From positions 310,001-374,000 of the forward strand of contig OZ374563.1 in the NCBI GenBank assembly GCA_977862235.1: a DNA stretch of 64,000 nucleotides, read 5' to 3'. A program made the translations under genes and the position numbers. Origin of the DNA: Dudresnaya verticillata (taxonomy: Eukaryota). Positions 35,501-45,146 of the stretch are shown here, in pieces (within the stretch, counting starts at the first letter, position 1; each line of letters starts with the position of its first letter). Below the pieces are notes generated by a model, which saw only the letters and a program-made list of their open reading frames with translations, made no database searches and was not told the DNA's origin.

Positions 35501-36828
35501 TGGAAACATACGCCCCAGTTGTGTCGTTCTCGCTGGTGCGCATGTTCCTATACTTGGTACTGTGTTTGAACCTGTTTGTTGCACAGCTAGACGTGAAGAC
35601 GGCTTTCCTGAATGGTGATCTGGCAGAACACGTGTGGGTAATGTCACCGCGTGGGATTCCTGGAAGGGAATCTCTCTGTTACAAACTTCTGAAAGCTATG
35701 TATGGGCTAAAACAGGCTCACCTAGCTTGGCACACCAAGCTGTGTGGTGACCTTGCTAGGATGATGTTTGAGGAATTGCCAAGTGCACCTTGCGTGTTTC
35801 GTCGCAAATCCAAGTCTTCTGGATACGCATACATCTTGGTGTACGTTGATGACTTGCTCATCCTCGCGCCCACAAAGGCGGAGAGAGACGCCATTGTTAA
35901 GGAGCTGCAGGGCCTCTACGATCTACGGCTGTCTGAAGGGGTTGACCTCTTCCTCGGAGTCGAGCTTGGATGGAAGCTAGACTCTGATGGCAGATTTGTG
36001 TCCCTCAAGATGACTCAACAGGTCTACACGGAAAGTGTTCTTCGTCGATTTGGACTTCAGAACTCTAAGCCGGCTTGTACGCCGATGGTTGAGTCTTTCT
36101 TCACTGGACTTGCCGCCGAAGAGGACAAGGCCGTCGTGTCGGTTGAGACGTACCAGCAGATGATCGGGTCACTTCTGTACTTGGGGCTTCGCACAAGGCT
36201 GGATATTTTGGCCTCTGTGCTTATCCTCGCACGGTTCCAGAAGGCTCCAACTGCGTACTGTCACCGTGGTGTAAAGAGGGTTCTGCGATATCTTCGAGGC
36301 ACTCACAAGCATGGAGTTACGTACCAGTCCGGAACCACTCGTATCCAAGCTTATGTGGACGCTGACTATGCCGGTGACACCACAGACCGAAAATCTATGT
36401 CTGGTTACATGGTGAAACTGGGAGATGCAGTGTGTATTTGGGGATCCAAGAAGCAGTCAACTGTTGCTCTCTCAACTTGCGAGTCGGAGTACTATGCAAT
36501 GACTCTGGCTGCGAAAGAGACGGTTTGGGTCACGCGAGTGCTGAAGGAGGCCGATTTGAACGTCGAAGGCCCGGTTCCATTGAGATCAGACAACCAGTCT
36601 GCCATCAATTGGGCTACTGGAGAACGCTGTCCGTCTGGTCGTGCCAAGCACATCGACGTTCGTGTACACTTCATTCGCGAACTTGTCGCCGACTCTGTTC
36701 TGGAAGTGGTGTATGTGCCGTCAGAAGACAACGACGCGGACTTGCTGACAAAGCCACTCGGGCCCACTTTGCTCAATAGGATTCTACCAAGGGTTGGACT
36801 TGGAGGAGCCATCGAGGAGGAGTGTTGA
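32506..36828 (+). CDS. Copia gag-pol polyprotein, 1440 aa
   Basis: Zinc knuckle CDVCDKDGHTADRC, protease ADSGA, integrase WHRRLAH/CRAC plus DDE core, RT YVDDLL, RNase H YVDAD/KHID, in the order PR-IN-RT-RH. Confidence 0.97.
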   Translation: MTDTEAEMDTSSGVKIPRFHGRRGDDYSLWRHRLRAACRIKGVWNVVHTSNDTPSSSQSTGEASADTSILHARTLAKREKACGIIISALGDAPLRVVMEVDDDPKRMLELLDSRYASSRTVSRIAVQTKLFRMTYTGQNMSNYVDQYTSLFAQLDRMGNDSAIPETHKAPMLLASIDPSCHLESTAAALRTKDAAELTWDYVATTLIDEYNAKDSHGSNAGGRSSKSKSRRKKKKKSASSGSRQQHNPLDDNDDSDDSSDIESTVRALAVALKSAKQAHSTPNRHLHCDVCDKDGHTADRCYLNPENPNNKLPPKVRQMFTNQGKKGNANSAVAASGKNNGKSAKVEIAGASVEMTTVVPPNDQGTYADSGATVHCFHSMTSFVPSSVSRCEKRTVVLADKSSVTSDLCGDVILPFEHANIRLKKALFIPHMGYNLVSTGRLADKGIESHFRRLDVRLVLDSDGYYIGSGVRDASSGMYMLPEPEPHTSEEQLLAVPSTQQTTELWHRRLAHINFRDLAKVHEHVEGVPELGSTHEVCRACRLGKAHKQSFPGHFRPAKAVGDLVHSDIVGPIQISFPDRFRYATTFLDDKSRFLVVACMRSRRMLSAAFDQASAKFIELGGAEITKLHSDGAQEYLALQKDLGGVGDSGKSFSPPYTPELNGIAERVNRTMVEAALTLLIQADLPGCLWPFALKHVNYVRNRVPHSTVGATPYSVMTGDVPDLKHLRVFGCAAYVLRLPRGSKFESRALEGVHLETLEHGIYRILVTGGDGIPRVVESRHVTFDESKFPGAPSLLEYGQDEADSDEDYESNSEASICNSDSDDDVSLGNFEDEEDAIEVDTPSSPPLPPSEPSSFESDDTAEEENVSDSPPAGVSSDPERQQQSRYPRRQRRQTSKWFMASSAQAEQQVALTTGDEPTLREAMSATPEERGLWQSAIDDEFASLESKGTWVRDDSPGAQPLPTHAVLKVKRKSDGTVERFKARVVAGGNFQTYGEDYMETYAPVVSFSLVRMFLYLVLCLNLFVAQLDVKTAFLNGDLAEHVWVMSPRGIPGRESLCYKLLKAMYGLKQAHLAWHTKLCGDLARMMFEELPSAPCVFRRKSKSSGYAYILVYVDDLLILAPTKAERDAIVKELQGLYDLRLSEGVDLFLGVELGWKLDSDGRFVSLKMTQQVYTESVLRRFGLQNSKPACTPMVESFFTGLAAEEDKAVVSVETYQQMIGSLLYLGLRTRLDILASVLILARFQKAPTAYCHRGVKRVLRYLRGTHKHGVTYQSGTTRIQAYVDADYAGDTTDRKSMSGYMVKLGDAVCIWGSKKQSTVALSTCESEYYAMTLAAKETVWVTRVLKEADLNVEGPVPLRSDNQSAINWATGERCPSGRAKHIDVRVHFIRELVADSVLEVVYVPSEDNDADLLTKPLGPTLLNRILPRVGLGGAIEEEC

Positions 36829-37933
36829 GGACATGGTCGCTGGCGCCTCACGTCACGGGTCAGGCACCCCAGATGGCACCCTGGCACGCTGTCACCAAAC
36901 CTTCCGGAGACGACAGCCCTTTTTCCGGGCTTCCAAAATCACGGCGCATTTAGGCCTTTTGCAAAAGCAACGTGAAACGGGCTTCTGATTGGTTGTTACA
37001 AACCGCCTCCATGGTCTATATGGCTTACAAGTGTTGTGCTGGAATTGGCGGTTATAACAGGAACGGCCAAGTGGAACGATCTGATTGGACCACATGGATG
37101 CACGTGGTATGGCATGGAATGGTGTTGGTATGACTCGCACTGTACTCCACAAGTACACATGAACGTGCCATGCAATGTGCTGATGGCGTCCGAGTTGGTA
37201 CTGCAGGGACTTGCGCTACGTGGAGCCTGACTTGTGATATCAGCAGATGCAGTTGTTGTGCGGCCGACACGTTGGTTTACAGTTGGCACGTAGCTGTTGT
37301 GCGGCCGACACGTTGGTTTACAGTTGGCACGTAGCTGTCGTGCGGCCGACACGTTGGTTTACAGTTATCACGTAGCTGTCGTGCGGCCGATACGTTGGTT
37401 TACAGCTGCCACGTAGGCAAATCTGGGTGATTACGTGGTCAATGATCCAAGTTGGATATTCATGGACGGACTTGAGCTGGTAAGTGCGGCCACGTGGTGT
37501 GCAGTGTTGTCCGACAGCAGCCATGCGGGGACACTCGATACTTTCACGTTCCCGCCCAAAGTTGGAGTACATATGGGTGGCAGGAAATGCGGTCGCAAGA
37601 GGGATTGCTGATGTCAGCAGTTAGCAACACTGGTGTGCAAGTTCCCGCCCATTTTGGTGGCGGATGTGAGTGTGCTGAGAGCATGATCTGGTAGATTTAA
37701 TTGCTTTACTTTTTCCCGCCCATTTGATGATAGGGACTTTGGGCGTATCTTTAATGATTTGTTTTGTTTGTGTTCACGCAGCAACTCATCCGAAAAGCTG
37801 ATATAAGCCTTGTCGGATGGTCGACTGCAGTAAACGAAGTCAAGCGACTTCCATTTCTCATCTTGTTCAACTTCAACCTCTCCATATTCCTTTACATCTT
37901 CTTCGACCAAACGGCCCAGCCTCACATTCAGAT

Positions 37934-38308
37934 TCACTTTCCGTCCTTCCCGCCTTTCGCGGCAGCGCGCATATGAGTGACTTGCAGCCAAGCAGCCGCA
38001 GCAACAAGCCCAAACAAGCCCAGCGTGAAGAGCCAGCGGCACCACGGGTCCATCACGCTGTACAGAATGACAAAGCCGGTGGAGAGGATGCCGGTGGCCG
38101 CCAGGCACACGTTGCGGCGGTGGCGCAAGTCGGCCATGAACAGGTAGAGCTGCATCATGCGCGCGTCGTGCGCGCGCTGGGCGTTGCCGCTAGTGATGAG
38201 GTAGGGCAGCACTAACGGAACCGCGGCGAGCACCGCGGATACCGCCGCTATCGCCGGGTTTGTGCTGCCGGCTATAAGCGTGATCACCTTCACGAAAGCG
38301 GCATCCAT
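37934..38308 (-). CDS. Small multi-pass membrane protein, 124 aa (possibly MAPEG-like)
   Basis: GC-rich ORF from ATG 38308 (MDAAFVKV...) with 3-4 hydrophobic segments and a basic tail. The family assignment is speculative. Confidence 0.65.
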   Translation of the reverse strand: MDAAFVKVITLIAGSTNPAIAAVSAVLAAVPLVLPYLITSGNAQRAHDARMMQLYLFMADLRHRRNVCLAATGILSTGFVILYSVMDPWCRWLFTLGLFGLVAAAAWLQVTHMRAAAKGGKDGK

Positions 38309-39792
38309 GGTTTCGAGTGTGGTGGAGAGCAGCGGGTCTGCGCGCGCTGGGAGATGATGTTGCGGCGCAGGGCAGACTTGGCGCAGTGTTTCGCTGCGAC
38401 TGCGGCTCGCATTCTTAACGAGGCGTTCCTCGGTGCGCGATGCGCGATGCAAGTGCGATGGGCACGGAGTGGGTGTGCCACGCTATGCAGCTGTACTTTC
38501 GAATGGCGCGAAAATTGCGCTCGTGGCTCACATGTACTGTGAATCACCTTGTTCAGACATACTGTACTGTTGTGTACGTACATTACGCCAAGCGCGAGGC
38601 CCCCAATAAAGCTCGAATTGTCGTCCGTAGCCGGTCGACACGCGCGCGCGGCGTGAGAGTGGTGTACAATCACCGCTCTGCGGGCACGGCGCGCAGGGTC
38701 GCGGAACGCGGGGAAAGGGGCGCGAGCGGGGCGAAGCGGGGCGCGAGCGGAGCGAGGCGGGGCGCGAGGGGAGCGAGCGGGTCAGAGAGGCGGGCGAGGT
38801 TTATCGAAGCAAGGGAAGAGGGCTACGGCAGACCACCGCGGCTGACGCAACGGACGTTCTCGTCAACGCTGCTTACTCTTCTACTTCGATCGTGCTCTCT
38901 CGGAGCGGCGGTGGTCTGCAATGGTCGGCGGGGCTTGAAGTAGCCCAACCAGTTGCAGTCGGGCGCGCGCGTCGCGCGCGGACGGCGCGTTGGTCGCCGA
39001 CGGCGGGAGCACTGTAAGGTATCTTACAGTGCGACTCTGCGACACAGATGGGTCCAAATCGACACTCCCCCCTGTCGCAGAACGGTCGTCGGCGATGCGC
39101 GCATATCTAATTTGCATTAGACATAGGCGGGAAGAAAAGGCGGGCGCAGGGCGGCAATTTCCGGGCCAAAAATCTGGCACCGAAATCGTCGGGTAGAAAT
39201 TGCACACTATGATAATCATGAGGCGGGCAGATAAATCGGGCCCAGGGCGGCAATTTCGGGGCGGGAAATCGTGCCCCAAATGGTCGGGTAGAAAATATCA
39301 ACTGTGATAATCATCAGGCGGGATATAAGAGGCCACTGGGTGTGCCTTCCTTCCCCTCCCCTGCCCTGCTCACGAACCAACCTGACCGCGCAGCACCCTA
39401 TGGCGTCCTGGTTCGCTTGTGGACTCGTCTTCACTCAAATGGTAGTTTGCTACCACTCCTTCTTGCCGATTGACCCATGCGGCGGGCTACAAGACACATT
39501 TGTTGTGCCGGTCCGCAGCTTCGCGCTCAACCTTGCGGGGGAAACCCCAATGGGAGAGGTCCAATTCTCTACGCCATCCAAACGTCGTATGGGTCGGGAC
39601 CCAAAAGGCTTCGTGCCGGGTCCCAGTTGCAAGGTGGGGGGCTTCAACCATCTTGGACGCTTGGGGTGTTTGCAACGTCTTCTTCTTGTTCGTGGGTATG
39701 CGAAACAATGCGAGACTTGCGAAAATGCCTCAGAATACTGCCAGTTTCTTTCTTCTTTGCGCGAACGGTAATGCGGCCATCGTGCGTCTCTG

Positions 39793-42700
39793 CTATTTGC
39801 GAACGATCCACTGCTCCGGCTGAATGTTTAGCGAACCGGAAACAACAACTTCTCGCAACTGTGCTTGACTCATCATCTTCGTCAAGCCATCAGCTATGTT
39901 GGAGCTACTGCGGACAAACCCGATGTCCGAGATCGTCTTATCGCGGAACCCTTCGCGTGCCGCAGCGATGTCAAGCATCATCCTCTTCTCAGATGTTCTG
40001 GAGCCCTTGGATATGACGTCGAAGAGACTCTTGCTGTCGGTTAGAAGTTGGACCGGGACAGTCTTGTTGAGAAGAACTCCAAGCTCACCTGCGACGGCGA
40101 TGGCGATGTCGAACATGTCGGAGAATGCTATAACTTCCCCGGACATTGCTGAGCGAGTCACCCGTCTTGACTTGTACGACTTGAAGCTGACCGGGACTGA
40201 AGATCCACTGTCGTCAGTGAGAAGTACAACGTGGCCAAGCTGGGAACTGAGATCCCTGTTGTTAGCGAACGAGGCATCAGAGAATCCAACCACCTTAATG
40301 GTGTCTGCCTTCAACCTTCGGACGCGTAGGCGGACTCGATGGTCAACCGCGTACGTTACAGCCTTGTTGAGACGTCGGATATTGGCTTGCCTGTTCTTGA
40401 AGAAGTCTTCCTCTGTGACTTGTGCGAGCTGAGATACTTCGAAAAGGCAGTCAGGGCGTGAGTTAGACAACCACGCCAGCTTCATGCGCACGGACCGGAA
40501 TTCGCGAAAGGTTGCATCTGGATGCAGACATTCCAGCTTGCGGAGGTACGCGTTCTGGTCGATGTACATCGTGCCATCCTTATCGCGATCGATGACAAAT
40601 CCTGTGAATTCTGCGGGAAGCTTGGACTCGTCCGTCATCTCGAAGCGTGCGTTGGTTTTCTGCGAGATTTTTCGAAACCTTTCGCTTCCGCAGCGGATGA
40701 GGTCGTCAACATAGCACCCACTCAAGCCTTGTAGTACTCCTTCACTCAGCAGGTAGTACAGTGCGGGATCAATGCGCATCGGCTTCATTCCCAACTCATG
40801 GCGGTGGTGCTTGTCAAGCGTGATATGCCACAGATCTCCTGCATCGCATAGTCCATATGGCGGCTTCAAGAGTTGAAGACACTGGTCAGGCTCAAGTTCA
40901 AACTCTGCAGCGGGCTTGCCGATGAACACATCTCGTGCCAATGGTTCGGAAGCTTGAAGGTAGGCTTGCCTGATATCTGCTGCCCAGATGTCAAAGCCAA
41001 AGATGCCTGCCAACGCAAGAAGCAGTCTTACTGACTGAGGTTGCAAGGTTGTCGTGGAGTGCACCATCATGTCCTTCATCTTGTCTCGATGGCCTCCAAT
41101 GACGTATCGGGCCTTATACTTGATCTTGCCGTCCAGCGAGGACTTGATCGCGAGTACAAATCTGCCGGGAAGAACATTCGCGTCTCTTGGGATGTCCTCC
41201 TTGAGTATCACCTTGAACGTACCGCGCTGCATGAGGTTGCGGAGTTCTACCTTCTTGGCTTCAGTCATCTCGTAGTGCTTGGCTCGTTCATCGTTCGGAT
41301 CAAGCACTTCCGTCATGAATATCCCATGGTCTTCCATCTTCGGGGACTTGAACGGGTTCAGACTTTTGTCGATGTCTGCCATGAAGGTTTGTGCAAGAAG
41401 TTCGGGGGTGAAGTATGGTTTCACCTGCGTGACGCTGAAGGGCCGAGCGGGACTTCCTTCGATGTCTCGGATGAACACAAGCTTCTTGTAGTAGTCAACT
41501 GATTCTACTTCGAAGGGTCCGAGCCATTCTCCAATGCGGTTGGCAATGGTCTTCTCGCGAAATACGAGCACGCGATCACCAGGCTCATAGCTACGCTCGG
41601 AAGCAGGTGGGACAGCGTAGTGAAGTGCTCGTCTGACCTTGAGCTCAGCCATCCGCTTCTTCATCTCCTCACGAGCAGCTGTAGCAATAGAAGCGCGTTC
41701 AGCTACCGTGGGTCGAGGTCCGGGCTCTTCAGACAAGGTGGCAATTTGTGGAAATTCTCCGAAGACAAGAGCAGAAGGTACTAGGCCTTCCGGCCCAAGG
41801 GTGTCGTTCATTGCCTTCACAGATGAAGCTAGAAGAATCTCCTTGCCTGCATGCGGGTAAGCATGTCGGAGCTTGCGGTATGTCGTTCGCAGCGGCTCAT
41901 GGTACCTCTCGCACAGTCCAAGACTGGAGTGGGCTTCAATGCCGGTGCGGTTGACTTCAACGTTGTTGACTTGGGCTATGTGGATGAACTGTTGTCCAAA
42001 CTGTGAGCCTTGGTCAGTGAGAATCCTGTTCGGAAGTCCACAGTAGACGAGAGCCCAGCATGACATCAAGGTTGTCCAGATCGTCTGCGTCGACACATCA
42101 GGGAGGAATCGTGCGGCGCTGAACTTCGTGGCTTCGTCAACGATGTGGAGAACAGGCACTGATTCAAGTGACATGATGTCAATGAGGATGAGTTCATTGA
42201 ATCTTAAGTCTTCGGCACCAAACGATACACGGAAACGATGAGGAGCGTGTTGTATTCGTTGACACGGGTCGCAACGTTTCGCGATGTCTTTGAGCGTTTC
42301 CAGTGTTTGAGGTGTAGCTTCCTCTGGACGTGCTCGCTTAATAAGGTTGTACAGCTTCTGTGCGCTTACATGGAAGAACTGTCGGTGAAGTCTTCGCAAC
42401 TGTGGACGCGTGAAGTAGCTGGCTGTCGAGAAGTGCATTTGAGCATACAAGTGGTTGCTTCCAGAGCGGGTCAACGGCACCTGCCATTCATTGAGGTGCA
42501 CCAGCTTCCCTTCTTTGTCGGTGTGTCTCGTACGCTTGATGAGTTGGTTCGAGACAGTGCATGGAGTCAAGGAGTGTTTGTCCAGTACGTCCATGCCAAG
42601 AAGTGCGGGGATGTCGGCTTCGACAATGTCCATTTCAACGTCGATGTTCCTTATGCCTGGTGGGGTCAACAGCGGTATGGAAATGCGACCCAGTGACTCG

Positions 42701-43026
42701 TACGTGGCGTCGGCAAAGCGAAACCTGTTGCGCGAGGGCATGAGTCTTCTGGAATGTATGCCTGCAGCAGTGAGGATGCGTTGCATCTCTTTGCGTCCTA
42801 CGACAGACTTTGGAGCCCCAATGTCCACACAGAAGCCAGCTGGTCTTGTATTACGTATCTCCTTTCCAAGAGAACCAACTTGGATGTCTATCATGAAGGT
42901 GTCTGGTGGCTTGTTGCTTTGGGATGGGTGGGAGTGCCTCGGGACTGCTTTGCGATGATGCTTCTGCCATCGCTTGTTCGGTCGGCGACAAGGCTGAGGC
43001 ATTACATGCTCTTGTCGCCTATCCAA
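39793..43026 (-). CDS. Pol (PR-IN-RT-RH), in the -1 frame relative to gag
   Basis: VDIGA and LLGMD (protease); LHRQFFH, CDPC, DDE core and WLGPF (integrase); YVDDLI (RT); FSDAS and IADGLTK (RNase H). There is no ATG at the ORF start. Confidence 0.93.
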   Translation of the reverse strand: MDRRQEHVMPQPCRRPNKRWQKHHRKAVPRHSHPSQSNKPPDTFMIDIQVGSLGKEIRNTRPAGFCVDIGAPKSVVGRKEMQRILTAAGIHSRRLMPSRNRFRFADATYESLGRISIPLLTPPGIRNIDVEMDIVEADIPALLGMDVLDKHSLTPCTVSNQLIKRTRHTDKEGKLVHLNEWQVPLTRSGSNHLYAQMHFSTASYFTRPQLRRLHRQFFHVSAQKLYNLIKRARPEEATPQTLETLKDIAKRCDPCQRIQHAPHRFRVSFGAEDLRFNELILIDIMSLESVPVLHIVDEATKFSAARFLPDVSTQTIWTTLMSCWALVYCGLPNRILTDQGSQFGQQFIHIAQVNNVEVNRTGIEAHSSLGLCERYHEPLRTTYRKLRHAYPHAGKEILLASSVKAMNDTLGPEGLVPSALVFGEFPQIATLSEEPGPRPTVAERASIATAAREEMKKRMAELKVRRALHYAVPPASERSYEPGDRVLVFREKTIANRIGEWLGPFEVESVDYYKKLVFIRDIEGSPARPFSVTQVKPYFTPELLAQTFMADIDKSLNPFKSPKMEDHGIFMTEVLDPNDERAKHYEMTEAKKVELRNLMQRGTFKVILKEDIPRDANVLPGRFVLAIKSSLDGKIKYKARYVIGGHRDKMKDMMVHSTTTLQPQSVRLLLALAGIFGFDIWAADIRQAYLQASEPLARDVFIGKPAAEFELEPDQCLQLLKPPYGLCDAGDLWHITLDKHHRHELGMKPMRIDPALYYLLSEGVLQGLSGCYVDDLIRCGSERFRKISQKTNARFEMTDESKLPAEFTGFVIDRDKDGTMYIDQNAYLRKLECLHPDATFREFRSVRMKLAWLSNSRPDCLFEVSQLAQVTEEDFFKNRQANIRRLNKAVTYAVDHRVRLRVRRLKADTIKVVGFSDASFANNRDLSSQLGHVVLLTDDSGSSVPVSFKSYKSRRVTRSAMSGEVIAFSDMFDIAIAVAGELGVLLNKTVPVQLLTDSKSLFDVISKGSRTSEKRMMLDIAAAREGFRDKTISDIGFVRSSSNIADGLTKMMSQAQLREVVVSGSLNIQPEQWIVRK

Positions 43027-43032
43027 AAATCC
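42984..43032 (-). other. Predicted -1 programmed ribosomal frameshift signal
   Basis: In-phase G_GAT_TTT heptamer (43032-43026), a 6-nt spacer, then a 9-bp stem GGCGACAAG/CTTGTCGCC. Confidence 0.75.
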
Positions 43033-45146
43033 TGTGGCATACCAGCCGAGATGTGGTTGGTTACAATCTCCCCTTCCAAGTTCTCGATAGGGTCTACGAA
43101 GTTGGTCTGGATTCCGGTGTTGGCTAGAGCTGCGTCGAAGCGATCTAGTTCAGACTCCCCGGGTTCTCCATAGTGGACGTCCGCATCTTCCTGATCCTGA
43201 GAGCTGGTGAGTTCCTCCTCCATGTCTCCGACAAGAGAAGCAACGATGTGCGTGGCATCTTCACCACGAGCAATACGGCCCCGGATGTTGGACTGTATGG
43301 CTCCTTTCGCGCAACGATGCCCTGGCTTCCAATTGGCAGCACCACAGCGGAAGCACTCATTGCGACGTCTAGCATCAGCGAATGTGCGTGCAGCATTGTT
43401 TCGTTGCTGGCTCCGAAGTTGTGCACCAGGATCACCACCTTTGGAACTGTAGCGCGAGAGTTTGCGCGGGTTCCGACCGTACTGAAGCATATGAGTCTGG
43501 ACACTGTTGCTATGCCGAAGGTTGTCTTCTTCGGTGAGTCCTGTGAAGGTAGACTGGCGCGCATCTCCACTTGTGAGCAACTCCAGCTGACGAAGATTCT
43601 GGATGGACTCGTGAAGCGTGGTGACGAACGCGTTGAAGCTGTAACCTTGCGACGTGATGTTCTGTATCGGAATGCGGGGCCATTCTTGGAACTCAATCAC
43701 TGCTCGGCGGAGGTAGTCAACCTTATGAGCATCAGAGCGAAAGTCCTTGGGGCATTGCGGTACAAGCTCGTTGATTGTCTCAACTAGCTTCGTCAAGCCA
43801 TGTGCGACATCAGAAATGTCGTTCTTGGTCATGAAGGTCCGGAGACGAAGAGTCTCAAGAGTTCCTTTGACTTGGAGCTGGCGAGCGTCGGAAACATACT
43901 CCTTCATCATGACTTGTGTCTTCTCTTGATATGACATGTCCTCTCGCGTGTGTTCAAAGTAGAACTTACGCGCAGCGCCATCGAATGCATGAACAAGAAG
44001 TTCTGCCTTGTGTGCCTGAGAGAGGTTGTACTGCTTTGAGCAGACTGCGTACAGCTTGAAGGTTTGATGGATGTCTTGAGTCAGGTGTCCGGAGAACTTG
44101 TATCCCTTGAACATCTGCTGGACATAGTTAACCTTGCGAGGGTCATCGCGCTGGTCACGATCATCGTTGGCAGTGTAGCCTCGACGTTGACCTGGGAAGC
44201 GGGTGGGAGGGTTTTGACCTCGGTCGTTGTGACCTGCTCCATCTTCGAAGTTGTTCAGCGGGGGTCCCCTGTTCGGGCGATGAGAACCTCTTCCAAAACC
44301 TTGAAACGGCGGACCATGAGGCTGATCGCCACTACCGGGCTCGGGAGGTGACGGGCCGTACTTCTTTGGACCTTCATAGGATCCATACTGATGCTGTACC
44401 ATGTTCGGATAACCGTGATACTGGTTGTTTCCCGGGGTATGGCGGGGACGATCAGCGGCGTTGGTGGTAACACCATGCATTGTAACGTGGTTGTTGTCCA
44501 CTCGGATATCTTGTCGCATCGGAGCTTCTTGGTCTTGACGGGAGATGGTATCTTCTCTCTCCTCAGCAACTGAGCTTTTCACAGTATTAATCTGGAAAGG
44601 AAGGTGCATGAGTGGGTTCGGAGATCCACGACAAGCCTTGAACTGGCGTACAGCATCGATGGAGAACTCAGCCGTGCATCCAGTGAAGAAGCATAACCAA
44701 ACGAGACTGACAAGCCCTTTGTTCTTCTGCTCAGTGTCTGAGAGGCTGACTTTGTCCCAATACTGTTGGGGGACATCATCAAACTCGTACAGTCGGGCCA
44801 CCTCAAACAGACTGTTGACTGGGAAAGTAGGCACCTCGAAGAAGTCTTCTGTGAAGATCTTCTTGGGAAGCGGTAGAAGCTCCATCGCAAATCTTGCGGC
44901 CTTCTCGGTAGGAGGCTTGGCTTCCACGTCTTCGTAATCTCCTGTACTGCTCCCTGGGATATCTGAAAGCGGGTAGGAAGAGAGAACAGAAATGGCAACG
45001 TTGATCAGCTTCTGCGAAAGCTCATCAGTAAGGTTGGAATTCCTGAGGCAGCGGAGTAGGTTGGCAGCCTTCGTCTTGAACTCCTTCCTTGAGGTCTTCT
45101 TTTCTGCGGCCGAAGCCTTGGTATGACTGCGTGTGCTCGCAGTCAT
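43002..45146 (-). CDS. Gag-like protein, 714 aa
   Basis: Lies just after the 5' LTR, has the knuckle CFRCGAANWKPGHRC and overlaps the start of pol. Confidence 0.85.
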   Translation of the reverse strand: MTASTRSHTKASAAEKKTSRKEFKTKAANLLRCLRNSNLTDELSQKLINVAISVLSSYPLSDIPGSSTGDYEDVEAKPPTEKAARFAMELLPLPKKIFTEDFFEVPTFPVNSLFEVARLYEFDDVPQQYWDKVSLSDTEQKNKGLVSLVWLCFFTGCTAEFSIDAVRQFKACRGSPNPLMHLPFQINTVKSSVAEEREDTISRQDQEAPMRQDIRVDNNHVTMHGVTTNAADRPRHTPGNNQYHGYPNMVQHQYGSYEGPKKYGPSPPEPGSGDQPHGPPFQGFGRGSHRPNRGPPLNNFEDGAGHNDRGQNPPTRFPGQRRGYTANDDRDQRDDPRKVNYVQQMFKGYKFSGHLTQDIHQTFKLYAVCSKQYNLSQAHKAELLVHAFDGAARKFYFEHTREDMSYQEKTQVMMKEYVSDARQLQVKGTLETLRLRTFMTKNDISDVAHGLTKLVETINELVPQCPKDFRSDAHKVDYLRRAVIEFQEWPRIPIQNITSQGYSFNAFVTTLHESIQNLRQLELLTSGDARQSTFTGLTEEDNLRHSNSVQTHMLQYGRNPRKLSRYSSKGGDPGAQLRSQQRNNAARTFADARRRNECFRCGAANWKPGHRCAKGAIQSNIRGRIARGEDATHIVASLVGDMEEELTSSQDQEDADVHYGEPGESELDRFDAALANTGIQTNFVDPIENLEGEIVTNHISAGMPQDFWIGDKSM

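Larger units (their letters stand above)
30496..37896 (+). mobile_element. Intact Ty1/copia LTR retrotransposon, copy 1 (LTRs 30496..31569 and 36823..37896; TSD TCTTC)
   Basis: 1074-bp TG...CA LTRs with one mismatch seen; TSD at 30491-30495 and 37897-37901; PBS GGTTATGGGCCCAG; purine tract before the 3' LTR. Confidence 0.97.
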
